64,000 nucleotides of DNA, from the NCBI GenBank assembly GCA_040218735.1, contig JAVJQW010000017.1:384001-448000 (forward strand), in the 5' to 3' direction. Within the stretch, counting starts at the first letter, position 1. Every line of letters starts with the position of its first letter. Source of the stretch: Deltaproteobacteria bacterium (lineage in GTDB: Bacteria > Myxococcota > Kuafuiibacteriia > Kuafuiibacteriales > Kuafuiibacteriaceae). The notes below the pieces were generated by a model. The model saw only the letters and a list, made by a program, of their open reading frames with translations, was not told the origin of the DNA and did no database searches. Positions 38,434 to 48,300 of the stretch are shown here, piece by piece. Both the position numbers and the translations under genes were made by a program.

Positions 38434-39231
38434 TCAGAAGCGAAACGCGGCCCCCATGCGCCACAAGAAACCGTCGAGACGGAGTGATCCGGCGTCGATC
38501 GTGCTCGTGGCGATCCGCGCTGGATCACTGTCGCTGGGGAGGTCGCGCTGCATCTCGTCGAAGCGAAACGCGGACGCCAGCGCGTATCCCACCTCGAAGT
38601 GAAAGCTGAGCCACTGGTCCGCGCGCTCCAGGCTGCCCGACTGCGTGTAGCCGACCGGAACGAGGAGCTCGGCGCCGAGCGCACCGGCCGCGGAGTACGC
38701 GACGGCGACGTCGTCGATCTCGAAGTCGCCGAGCCGCTCCGACACCGCGAGGTGCCCGATGTCCAGGCCTCCCGTCGCACGCGCGTAGGCGCCGAAGTAG
38801 CTCCACACCGGACGACGGTAGACCGCGGACACCTGCAGGCTCGTCACGGCGAGCTTGGCGTCGGCGGTCTCGAGGATGCGTCGGGTCTGCAGCCCCGTGG
38901 AGAGCCCCGCCTCGAACGACACCCCCTGCACGGGGGACCACGGCGCATACTCCGCGCCGGCTTCGAAGCGCACCAACGCGCCGAGCCCCGAGACCGTCGC
39001 GAAGCCCGACTCCGCGCGAGGGATCTGCGAGCTGGCGCGCGTGTAGACACCCCACGCGGCGCCCGCGTCCTCGACCCGACGATCGAAGGACAACGTCGGG
39101 CTCGGGGACGCGGGCGCCTCACGCACGCCAGCCGTAGGGAGAGCGGGCGACGACTCGACGGACGTCGAAGACGTCGAGACCGTGCCCGCCGTGGAGGTCA
39201 CGACCAGGAGGCCGAAGATCATCGAGCTCAT
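38434..39231 (-). CDS. Probable outer-membrane beta-barrel protein
   Basis: Signal peptide, amphipathic strands, C-terminal MGAAFRF. Confidence 0.7.
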   Translation of the reverse strand: MSSMIFGLLVVTSTAGTVSTSSTSVESSPALPTAGVREAPASPSPTLSFDRRVEDAGAAWGVYTRASSQIPRAESGFATVSGLGALVRFEAGAEYAPWSPVQGVSFEAGLSTGLQTRRILETADAKLAVTSLQVSAVYRRPVWSYFGAYARATGGLDIGHLAVSERLGDFEIDDVAVAYSAAGALGAELLVPVGYTQSGSLERADQWLSFHFEVGYALASAFRFDEMQRDLPSDSDPARIATSTIDAGSLRLDGFLWRMGAAFRF

Positions 39232-40784
39232 CGCGCACCTCCCGTGCGGTCGAGGAGGCCAGACAGGAGGACACCGTCGACGCGGCGCGCCGCGCCCCGT
39301 TCGATCGACGCGCGCGGTACGAACGTGACGTCGCCGAACGCGCCCGGGTGGACGGCGTAGAGGTGGTCGCCGAGGACGCCGACGACCACGATCGGATCGT
39401 CGAGGACGACCGATTCGATGGCGAGCGTCTCGGCGTCCACGACGGCCAGCGCTCCGGTGGTGTCGTTCGGCTCGCCGTACGGTCGCGCCGGGAGCGGCGC
39501 GGCGCCGCTGTCTTCGCGGAGGATGTCGACGCCGACGACGACGCGCTCGTCCGCCGACGAGAACGCGTAGTCACGAACGTTGCCGCCCAGGACGAGCGGG
39601 CGGAGGGCGACGGAGAGGCGGACGTCTTCGCGGCGGAGCGCGAGCGCGGTGAGTGCGGTGGCGCTGCCGCCTTCGGCGGCGTGGACGAAGAAGGCGGTAC
39701 CCGCACCGACGGCGGCGGGTCCCATCGTGGGGCCGGCGAGCGCGTCCTGTTCGACGAGGTCGTCTTCGAGATCCCACCCGCCGACGAACGCGTTCCCGCT
39801 GCTGCCGATGCGGTCGGGGCTCCCGTGCAGGAGCACGGTTCGGTTCTCGAGCAGCGCGATGCGCGTGGCCTGGCCGGCGAGCTCGACGGTTCGCGTCTCG
39901 GAGACATCGCCGTCCGCGGCGAGCCGGGCGGCGATCGTGCGGCCCTCGGGCGCGCGGAACGCGGCGAGCACGTAGGCGGGGTCGTCGGCGACGGCGAGAT
40001 CGAGGAGGCGCTCGGCGCCGGGGACCGCGAGGAAGTTGAGCACACCGGAGGTGGTGCTGCCCTCGCCGAGGAGCTCGAGCGCGACGACGTCGGCCGTGCC
40101 CGAGGTGCGGAGGAACAGGTAGTTCGCGTCCGCGTTGAACACGACCTGCTCGGGCGCGAGGCGATCGCCGTTCGGGAGCTTCAGCGGCACACGCACGATG
40201 CCGTCGGCCGCGAGATCGACGACGACCACGTCGGCGTCGAGGACGATCGCGGCGCGGGACTCGTCGGCGGAGAAGACGACGTCGCGCGGAGCCGTCGACT
40301 CGGTGTCGAGCGCGACCCGGCGCGCGCTTTGGGAGTCGAGATCGACGATGGCGATCTCGTTGTTGTTGATCGCCACGACGGGCGAGCTGCGAGCGAAGCG
40401 CGCGTCGTGAATCGCGACGAGGTAGCGGCCGGACGCAGAGAGGAACGCGCGGTCGAAGGTCGACGACAACGGGACGACGTCGACCTCACCTCCCGGGATC
40501 GCGACCCGAACCGCGGCGGGTTCGTCACCGCCCGCGAGCAGCGTGACGTGCTCGGGGCCGAAGACCGCCGAACGCACGTCGTCGCGGTCGATCTCCGTCG
40601 ACTCGACAACGGTGTCACTCGCGACCCAGGCGACGCGGGCGGTGGTCTGGTCGACCCACACGAGGTGATCGGCGACGACCCGAGGGCCGACGACGACGAG
40701 CGCCTCGGTGAGCGCTTCGTCCTCGCCGCTGCACGCGGCAAAGACGAGGGTGCAGAGCACTGCGATGGACACGGGACGGGGCAT
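39228..40784 (-). CDS. Beta-propeller-like lipoprotein
   Basis: VFAAC lipobox, repeated short beta strands with xxFSxD/IVDL; coupled to its neighbours. Confidence 0.7.
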   Translation of the reverse strand: MPRPVSIAVLCTLVFAACSGEDEALTEALVVVGPRVVADHLVWVDQTTARVAWVASDTVVESTEIDRDDVRSAVFGPEHVTLLAGGDEPAAVRVAIPGGEVDVVPLSSTFDRAFLSASGRYLVAIHDARFARSSPVVAINNNEIAIVDLDSQSARRVALDTESTAPRDVVFSADESRAAIVLDADVVVVDLAADGIVRVPLKLPNGDRLAPEQVVFNADANYLFLRTSGTADVVALELLGEGSTTSGVLNFLAVPGAERLLDLAVADDPAYVLAAFRAPEGRTIAARLAADGDVSETRTVELAGQATRIALLENRTVLLHGSPDRIGSSGNAFVGGWDLEDDLVEQDALAGPTMGPAAVGAGTAFFVHAAEGGSATALTALALRREDVRLSVALRPLVLGGNVRDYAFSSADERVVVGVDILREDSGAAPLPARPYGEPNDTTGALAVVDAETLAIESVVLDDPIVVVGVLGDHLYAVHPGAFGDVTFVPRASIERGAARRVDGVLLSGLLDRTGGAR

Positions 40785-42406
40785 CACTGCGTACCTCCTT
40801 CGATGCGCGCGTTGAGTTGGTAGCCAGTCAGGGTGCGGAGGCGCTCGGCCTCGACGTCGAGGATGCTGATGCGTCCGGCGACGTGCTCCTGGGTGACCCA
40901 CACCCGCGAGTCCTCGCCGGCGAACGCGCCGGTGTACTCGGGCGCGGAGCCGAGCGCGAAGGTCGTGACGACGAGTCGGTCGAGGTCGATCGTCTCGACG
41001 CGGTGGGCGAGATCGTCCGGGTCGCGGAGCGTGACCGAGGCGTGGCGGTTGGAGAACACCAGCGACGCGGGCGCGATGCGGCCCGTGCGTTTGAGCTGCA
41101 CGTCGCCGGTGTCGAGGTCGACGATCGAATAACCTTCGTCCTGGTCGACCGCGCGCTCGTAGGGATCCGCGGCGGTCGAGTCGGGCTCGGCCTCGTGCAG
41201 GACGATCGCCGTCGCGCCGTCGGGGGACACCGTGACCTGGCGGAGCTTCTTCTCGAGGCGATCGAAGACCCGCACCGAGGCATCCTCGAGATCGAGGAGG
41301 CCGAAACGCTCGACCTCGTCGAAGCGGCTGTAGATCGCGGCGCGGCGTCCATTGGCGTCCAGCTCGATCTGGCCGGCGCGAACGCCGTCGACGTCGACGA
41401 CGCGCACTGCGGCGGAGGAGGTCAGCGCGTCGGGGAGTGACAGGAGCGCGACCTGGTTCGTGGCGCGGAGCGCACCGACGGCGAAGCTCCCGTCCGTGAG
41501 CAGATCGAGGTCCGTCGCGGAGGTCGACAGCGGGATGTCGGTGAGCTCGACGAGGTCGAGATCGAGGACCGCGATGCCGGGGTGGCCGAGCGCACGCAGC
41601 AACACGTAGGGCGACGCTTCACTCGCGACGGCCTCGCGCCCGATGACCTCCGCGAGGGAGTCCGGGAACGCGATGCGGCCGGGCCGGTAACCCGGCTCCG
41701 CGAGGCGAGCGAGCTCGATGATCGTGGCGTCGTTCTTACCGACGACGACCGCGAGCGTGGCGAGCCCGCGTTCGACGCGGAAGAACACGTTGGTGTGCCG
41801 GTAACCGGCGGCGACCTCGGCCGGCGCGACGTCGTCGCCGCGCGCGAGCGCTTCGAGGTCGACGACGGCGACGAGGCCTTCCGCGCCTTCGTCGGGCTCC
41901 AGCCCGTCCGGCGTGTAGGCGACGGCGTAGCGACCATCGGGGGAGACGACGACGTGGGCGTACGCGCGACCGAGCGCGACGGACTCTCGCGACAGCGCGT
42001 CGGGCGTCGCGCCGACGACGGAGAGGCTCTTCCCGGCGCGCGACACGACGGCGACCGACTCGGTGTCGGCGATGCGCGTAAGCGCGACCGGTTCGCGCGG
42101 GACGAGTACGGCACGCACCGCGAGATCGATCGGATCGATCACCAGCACCGTGCTCGACCCGGTCGACAGCGCGAAGAGGTTCTCGCCGGTGGCGATCGGT
42201 CGCGAGATCGTCGCGTCGATCTCGAACTCGACGGGGAGACCGTCGTCGGGGCTCACGCAGATCGCTTCGCGACAGAGGAGACCCGACGGGCAGTCGGCGT
42301 CGACCGCGCAGTTGTCGAGCGTGGGTGTCGGCACCGGAATCGCGGCGTCGGAGGCACACCCGACGCCTAGAGCGGCAAAGAACGAGGCATAGAGTTGCAG
42401 ACGCAT
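40784..42406 (-). CDS. Beta-propeller (YncE-like) lipoprotein with a short Cys-rich N-terminal motif
   Basis: LGVGC lipobox, CAVDADCPSGLLCREAIC, repeated VSPDG blades. Confidence 0.75.
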   Translation of the reverse strand: MRLQLYASFFAALGVGCASDAAIPVPTPTLDNCAVDADCPSGLLCREAICVSPDDGLPVEFEIDATISRPIATGENLFALSTGSSTVLVIDPIDLAVRAVLVPREPVALTRIADTESVAVVSRAGKSLSVVGATPDALSRESVALGRAYAHVVVSPDGRYAVAYTPDGLEPDEGAEGLVAVVDLEALARGDDVAPAEVAAGYRHTNVFFRVERGLATLAVVVGKNDATIIELARLAEPGYRPGRIAFPDSLAEVIGREAVASEASPYVLLRALGHPGIAVLDLDLVELTDIPLSTSATDLDLLTDGSFAVGALRATNQVALLSLPDALTSSAAVRVVDVDGVRAGQIELDANGRRAAIYSRFDEVERFGLLDLEDASVRVFDRLEKKLRQVTVSPDGATAIVLHEAEPDSTAADPYERAVDQDEGYSIVDLDTGDVQLKRTGRIAPASLVFSNRHASVTLRDPDDLAHRVETIDLDRLVVTTFALGSAPEYTGAFAGEDSRVWVTQEHVAGRISILDVEAERLRTLTGYQLNARIEGGTQ

Positions 42407-42423
42407 GGACGGCCCACGACAAA

Positions 42424-42439
42424 AGCAAACGCCACGCCA
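42424..42439 (-). promoter_or_regulatory. Candidate sigma54 -24/-12 promoter for the lipoprotein operon
   Basis: Minus strand TGGCGTG-GCGT-TTGCT (GG-N10-GC) just upstream of the 42406 ATG; the implied leader is very short. Confidence 0.35.
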
Positions 42440-42598
42440 GCCGCGCGACGCCGTTCGTTGTGTGTCGTCCCCCCGGGGGTTGGCGCCCCCGCCTTTGCAG
42501 TCGGTGACTTGAACCGCGACAGCGATGTCGCGTCGACCGAATCCTCGACAGGATACGGACCACGCGACGCACTTCGCCTGGTAGGATCGGCTTCGGTT

Positions 42599-44188
42599 TT
42601 GGTCGCCGACGCGAGCTCACGTCTGGTCTGCCCGCAGTGCGGAGCGATCTACCGGACCGACTTCGAAGCGTGCGCGCTCGACGGTCACGCACTCGAAGTC
42701 CTCACCGACGACCCACTGGTGGGGAAGGTCATCGCCGACCGCTACTGCATCGAAGCGTGCATCAGCGAAGGCGCGATGGGCCGCGTCTACCGCGCGACGC
42801 ACACGCGGATGAGCAAACGCTTCGCGGTGAAAGTGCTCTTCGGCGAGCACGCGTCCCAAACCCGCATGCGTGCGCGCTTCTCGCGCGAAGCCGAAGCCGC
42901 GAGCCGCCTCGAACATCCCAACCTCGTCTCCGTCGTCGACTTCGGCGAAACACCCGAGCGCCTCCTCTACCTCGTCATGGACTTCATCGACGGGCGCACC
43001 TGCGGCGGCCTCATCGCGGAGGAAGGCCCCCTCGACGAGCTCCGCGCGCTACGCCTCGTCCGGGAGATCGCGCGCGGGCTCCGCCACCTCCACGCACGTG
43101 AGATGGTCCACCGCGACCTCAAGCTCGACAACGTCATCGTCACCTCCGACGGCGACGTCGAAGTCCCGAAGATCGTCGACCTCGGTGTGGCCGTCCTCCC
43201 GTCCGACGGCACGGTGCAAGAGAAGTTGACGAAGCAGGGGACGATCGTCGGCACCCCCGCATTCATGGCGCCCGAGCAGGCGTTCGGCGACGGCGTCGAT
43301 CCGCGCTCCGACGTCTTCAGCCTGGGGATGGTGCTCTACCACCTCCTCGCCGGACGCGGCCCATTCGACGGGTCGGCGGTCGAGGTCATCCAGCAGAACG
43401 TCACCGTGCCCTTCCCGCCGGTCGCGGAGCGCGCCCCGGGTCGAAACGTGTCGCGCGACGTGCAGCGGATCCTCGATCGGATGATCGAGAAACACGCGGA
43501 GGATCGCTTCGACTCGGCGCAGGCGGTCATCGATGCGATCGACCGCGTCCGCCCACCCTCGGTGCCCGTCGGGCGCTCCGCCCTCGTGAGCCACGCCGAG
43601 CTCACCGCGGACCTCTCGGAGCCCGCGCTCGCGAAGCCGCGACGCTCCAGTGCACCGAAACGTAGCTTGCGCGCGGTGTACGTCGCGGCCGCGTGTGGTC
43701 TCGTCGCGGCCCTCGCCGTGGGGGGCTGGGCGATCGCGAGCCGCACCCCCGAGCCCGTACCCGTTGCGGAGCTGACGGCGGAGGCGGTGTTCGAGGCGCC
43801 CTTCGAGGACGAGGACGAGGCCGCGGAAGTCGTCGAGGAGGTCGAGGAGGCCGAGGACGAGGTCGCGCCCAAGAAGAAGACGCGGCGCAAACGCCGCGCG
43901 CGGCGGAAACGTCGCCGTACCGTTCGCCGCACCAAGCTGGCGCCGCTCGAAAAAGAGGACGGCCCGAAGACCCGCACCGCGCCGACGGTGGCGGAGCTCT
44001 CCGCTCTGACGAAGGAGTGCTCGACGCTCATCCAGCGCATCGAGGATCGCTCCGGCCCGGTCGAGGCGGGGCCGCTGCGGGTGAAGCTCATGGGCCTCGC
44101 GGCGACCGAGAGCACGCCGCCGGATCAGCGGCACCAGATCGAGCGCGGGCTGCGGCGCCTGCGCCGGGATCTTCGGCGAAGGTTGTAG
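42599..44188 (+). CDS. Ser/Thr protein kinase with N-terminal Cys motif and TM
   Basis: CPQC..C..DG, EGAMG, FAVK, HRDLKLDN, DLG, GTPAFMAPE; start approximate (TTG 42599). Confidence 0.92.
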   Translation: MVADASSRLVCPQCGAIYRTDFEACALDGHALEVLTDDPLVGKVIADRYCIEACISEGAMGRVYRATHTRMSKRFAVKVLFGEHASQTRMRARFSREAEAASRLEHPNLVSVVDFGETPERLLYLVMDFIDGRTCGGLIAEEGPLDELRALRLVREIARGLRHLHAREMVHRDLKLDNVIVTSDGDVEVPKIVDLGVAVLPSDGTVQEKLTKQGTIVGTPAFMAPEQAFGDGVDPRSDVFSLGMVLYHLLAGRGPFDGSAVEVIQQNVTVPFPPVAERAPGRNVSRDVQRILDRMIEKHAEDRFDSAQAVIDAIDRVRPPSVPVGRSALVSHAELTADLSEPALAKPRRSSAPKRSLRAVYVAAACGLVAALAVGGWAIASRTPEPVPVAELTAEAVFEAPFEDEDEAAEVVEEVEEAEDEVAPKKKTRRKRRARRKRRRTVRRTKLAPLEKEDGPKTRTAPTVAELSALTKECSTLIQRIEDRSGPVEAGPLRVKLMGLAATESTPPDQRHQIERGLRRLRRDLRRRL

Positions 44189-45388
44189 CTACTCGATCGT
44201 GCCGTCGCGCACGACGTACGAGCGCGACGGATCGATTTGTTCCGGGATCTTCGCGAGCACACGCCCGGGCGCGGGGTAGAGCTTCAGGCCGTTCGGCAGC
44301 TCGCGGCCCGGAGCGACGAAGACGTCGGGGCCGATGAAGGTGTCGTGGCCGAAACACGACCCGAGGACGTCGTGGGGGACCTCGACGAACTCGTCGCCGA
44401 CGCGCACCTTGATCTTCGATCCGCCGAGCGTGTCGGTCGGCGTCGCGCGCGGAGTGAGCGCAGCGCGGCGGCCAGCGAGGCACATCTGCATGCTCATGCC
44501 GGCGTTGGTGCCGTCCATGACCGCCGAGTTGTAGATGAGCGTGTACTTGCTGACGAAGCAGTCCGCGCCGATCGTGGAGTAGGCGACGTTCGCGCGATCT
44601 TCGATCACCGTCCCGGCGCCGACGATCGAGCCGCGCACCAACGCCTGCGCGCCGACGCGGACGCCGTCACCGAGGAACGCGCCCTCGACGCGAGCGGTGG
44701 GGTGCACGTCCACGTCCCGGCCGAACCGGTTCGCCGCCGACATGACGCGCCACAACATCCGGCCGCGGCGGAAGAGGAGCGCCTTCACCAACACCCACGC
44801 GCCCCACCACGGCGCGCCGACGATCTGGTCGACCCACTTCACCTGCACGGCGAGGCGCGAGGCGTCGAGCACGTGCACCCAGTGCCGCACGTGCAGACAG
44901 ACGCTCGACGTCAGCGGGTGAACCCAGATCCCCTGCTCGTTGACGAAGTGCGGGACCCGCACCTCGATTCGACGCTCCTCGTAGATCACGCCGAGCGGCG
45001 CGGCGGCGTCGAGGCCCTGCCCGCGCGGCGCGCCGTAGAACCGATACATCGCGAGGCCGTCCGCGATGTCGACGTCCTGGTGCCACGAGAACTGTGCGAA
45101 GAACGTGGAGTCGATCGGGAGCGCGAGGCGCACGGTGCGGTCGCGTTTCCATCGCTTCAGGAAGTCCTTGAGCACCCGGCGCGTGAAGTAGACGTCGTCC
45201 CACGTGACGATGCGGTCCTCGTCCTGCGGGATGTCGTCGGCGCTGTCGACGCGCACGACCTGTAACCCGAGCTTCGCGAACAGCCGGTCCTGTGTTTCGC
45301 GGAGCGTGGCGTCGCCGATGGGAATGTCGGCGACGGGATCACCGAACGGCGCGATGTGCGTTCCGCTCGCGATGACGTACGCGCGCAT
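44189..45388 (-). CDS. Left-handed beta-helix (hexapeptide repeat) protein with a nucleotidyltransferase-like N-terminus
   Basis: VHPTARVEGAFLGDGVRVG..IVGAGTVIED repeats. Confidence 0.7.
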   Translation of the reverse strand: MRAYVIASGTHIAPFGDPVADIPIGDATLRETQDRLFAKLGLQVVRVDSADDIPQDEDRIVTWDDVYFTRRVLKDFLKRWKRDRTVRLALPIDSTFFAQFSWHQDVDIADGLAMYRFYGAPRGQGLDAAAPLGVIYEERRIEVRVPHFVNEQGIWVHPLTSSVCLHVRHWVHVLDASRLAVQVKWVDQIVGAPWWGAWVLVKALLFRRGRMLWRVMSAANRFGRDVDVHPTARVEGAFLGDGVRVGAQALVRGSIVGAGTVIEDRANVAYSTIGADCFVSKYTLIYNSAVMDGTNAGMSMQMCLAGRRAALTPRATPTDTLGGSKIKVRVGDEFVEVPHDVLGSCFGHDTFIGPDVFVAPGRELPNGLKLYPAPGRVLAKIPEQIDPSRSYVVRDGTIE

Positions 45389-48300
45389 CTACTGAAGCCT
45401 GCGCAGCATCTCGTGGTACTCGCGCGTGATCGCGTAGCGGATCAACGGCGCGTGCCAGTGCCGCTCGACGCGACCCCCGGCGAGCGACGACAGCACGTCC
45501 ACCGAAGTCTTCAGCGATCCACTCACCACCAACCCGAAGCGCTCCGCGGTGCGGAAGACACCCGCGCGCTCTTCGCCGAGTGAGCGTCGGTCGTCACTCT
45601 CGAGCCAAGTACGGACCTCGCCCTGCAGCGCCGCGCGATCGTTGGCGGGCAACGCACGCTCCAGCGCACGACCGCGTTTCTTCGCCATCTTCGGGTCGAC
45701 GTCGTGCTCCGACGGGTCGTCGAACTTCGCGAACCCGACCAGCGCCTCGCGCAGGACGGTGAGCGGGATGAGCTCGAACATCAGCGCACGCGGGCGGAGC
45801 ATCGCGAAGCACCGCCCGAACATGAACCGCAGCTCGTCGATCGAGTGTTGCTCCGCCTTCGACAACGAAACGACCAACGCCGGTCCGTCGCCGACGAACG
45901 CGGCGTTCACCGCGGCGGGTGCGTCCTCGCGCACGTACACCGGCGGTGTCTCTTGTCCGAGGACCCGCGCGGTGTAGCCGATCGGCCGGCTCACGTGGAT
46001 ACCGAGCCCGGCGGCGCCCGCGAGGTCGCGCTTCTTGGGGCGCGGCTCGGGCAGCACGTCGGCCATCGCCTTGAGCGGCGCGTAACCGAGCGCTTCGAAC
46101 AGCTCGGTGAGATCGGACGTCTCGCCGGGGTGGAACGGGACCTCCACCGGGCGAAGCGCGTTGATGACGCGGGTGTCGAGGCTCCGCTCGACCTTCGCCG
46201 CGCCGTTCTTCGGCTCGGGTGGCGGCGTCTCGCCGAGCGCCTCGAGGATCTCCGCGGTCACGCGCGCCTGCTGCGTGTCGCCCACGCGACGACGCAGCAC
46301 CGTCAGCCGCTCGAGGCCCTCGACGTCCCCCGCGCGCTGCTCCACCAGGTACGACCAAGCGACGATCGCTTCACGCGAGAGCGTCATCGCGGTCGGGCCG
46401 CCCTTCGCGGCGACGATGTCGAGGAGACGCGCGTACTGCTCGCGGAGCCCAGGGGTCTCCGGCGCGATCTTCATGACCTTCTTGCACACCGCGAGCGCCT
46501 GCTCGTGCAGCTCCAAGTGGAACCGCAGGATCGACATCGCGTGCAGGTAGAGGCGCGTCGCCGTCGCGACCCGGTCGTCGCCGTCGGCGTCCGCGTCGGT
46601 CGAGAGATCCTCGACGAACTGATCCGCCGCACGAAGCTGCGTGCGCACGAGCTCGTCGACGTCCCCGTCGAACTCCAGCACCACCGACAGATCCGCGCGC
46701 GCGCCGGCGTGCGTCGGCACCAGCTCCAATGCTTCGCGCAGCAGCTCTCGCGCGCGCCCGCGCTCCTTCCCCGCCGCGAGCAACACCCGCGCGGCGCGCA
46801 CCAGCAGGTCCGCGCGCTCACGACCGTCACGTCGCATCGCCGGGAGCACGAGCGCCTCGGCGCCGCCCAAGGCGTCTCCGAGCTGCACGCGATACGACGA
46901 GAGCCGGTCCGCGAGCTCCACGTCCTCCGGCCCGTAGGTCTGCGCCTCGGTGAGCATCGCGGAGGCGCGCGCGAGGTCGCCGTCCAGATCACCGAGCAGC
47001 CGACCCGCGTGGACGAGCGCGTCCTTCTTCGCGCTCTCGTCCTCGAGCAGCCCCGCCAGACGCTTCAGGCACTCGGCCGCCTCGAAGGCGTCCCCCGCGT
47101 GCTCCAACATCTCGGCGTACAGCCGCAGCGGGCCGACCTCGCGCTCCGCGAGGTGATGCGCCTTCTTGGCGAGGCGCGCCGCGGCCTCGAAGTCCTCGTC
47201 GGCGCACTTGGCCTTCGCCATTCGGAAGTACACCGCCGAGCGCTGCGGCGCGGCGAGCGACGCTTCGTGGTGGAGCACGAGGCTCGCCCCCAGCTCGTAC
47301 ACCCGCGACCAATCCTGGTCGTCCGCGAGCAACGCACCGAGGCGGTCGAGCGCTTCGGCGTGCGTCGGTTCGTTGTTCAGGACGGCGTCGTACGACGCGC
47401 GCGCGATCTCGTGCTCAGGCAGCTCGTCCGCGGCGCGGGCGGCGGCGATCGCGAGCTGCGCGGATCGCTCCGGATCCGACAGCCCCTGCGCCGCGTTCCA
47501 CAGGTGCGGCAACGCCTGCACCAGCTCTCCGCGCGACGCGAGCAGCTCACCGAAGGTGGCCTCCGTCGACAGGTCGTCCGGGTCCGCGGCGAGCGCGGCC
47601 TCGTAGTACTCGAGCGCCTTGAGGTCGTCGCCGACGCGCTGCTGCGCGAGGAGCCCGGCGCGAACGAAGAGCGCGTTGGCGTCGCGCTCGTCCTGGGACA
47701 GACGCGCCGCCTGGGCGGCGAGCTCGTGCGCGCGAATGAAGTCGTCCTCCGCCTCCGCGAAGTCCAGCAGCGCGAGGATCGCCTCACGACACTCGTAGTC
47801 GGCCTGGTAGGCGTGTTCGTACTCGGCGTGCGCGGCCTCGCGATCGCCGAACTGCGATTCGAGCATCCGCCCGATCCGCACGTGCACATTCGCGCTCTCG
47901 GCCGCCGGCGCGACCTCCGCGAGGCGACGCAAGATCGCGATGCCCTGTTCGTCCTCCCCGCGGCGCATCGCGAGCCCCGCCATTGCGTCGAGGACCTCCG
48001 TGTGGTCCGGCGCAACCTGGATTGCACGATCGAGCGCCGCCTGCGCCGCACCGAGATCGTCGAAGACCTGCACTTGGATCTCGGACGCCTCCAGCAGCAA
48101 CGCCACCTGGGCCGCGGCGTCCTGGCTGCCGTCGACCCGCGCGAGCAGCGCCTGGATGACGCCGTCCCAGTCTTCACGCGCGCGGCGAAGACGTTCGATG
48201 TGGCTCCACGCCTCGTCGTCCGTCGCGTCGTCGGCGACGACGCCCTGGTACATGTCGAGCGCGATGTCCGGCGAAGCGAGCTGCTCCTCCGAGATACGGG

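Noticed and set aside
42481-42500. Plus-strand sigma54 promoter TGGCGC..TTGCA for the kinase
   Set aside because: GG-to-GC spacing is 13 nt, not the required 10.
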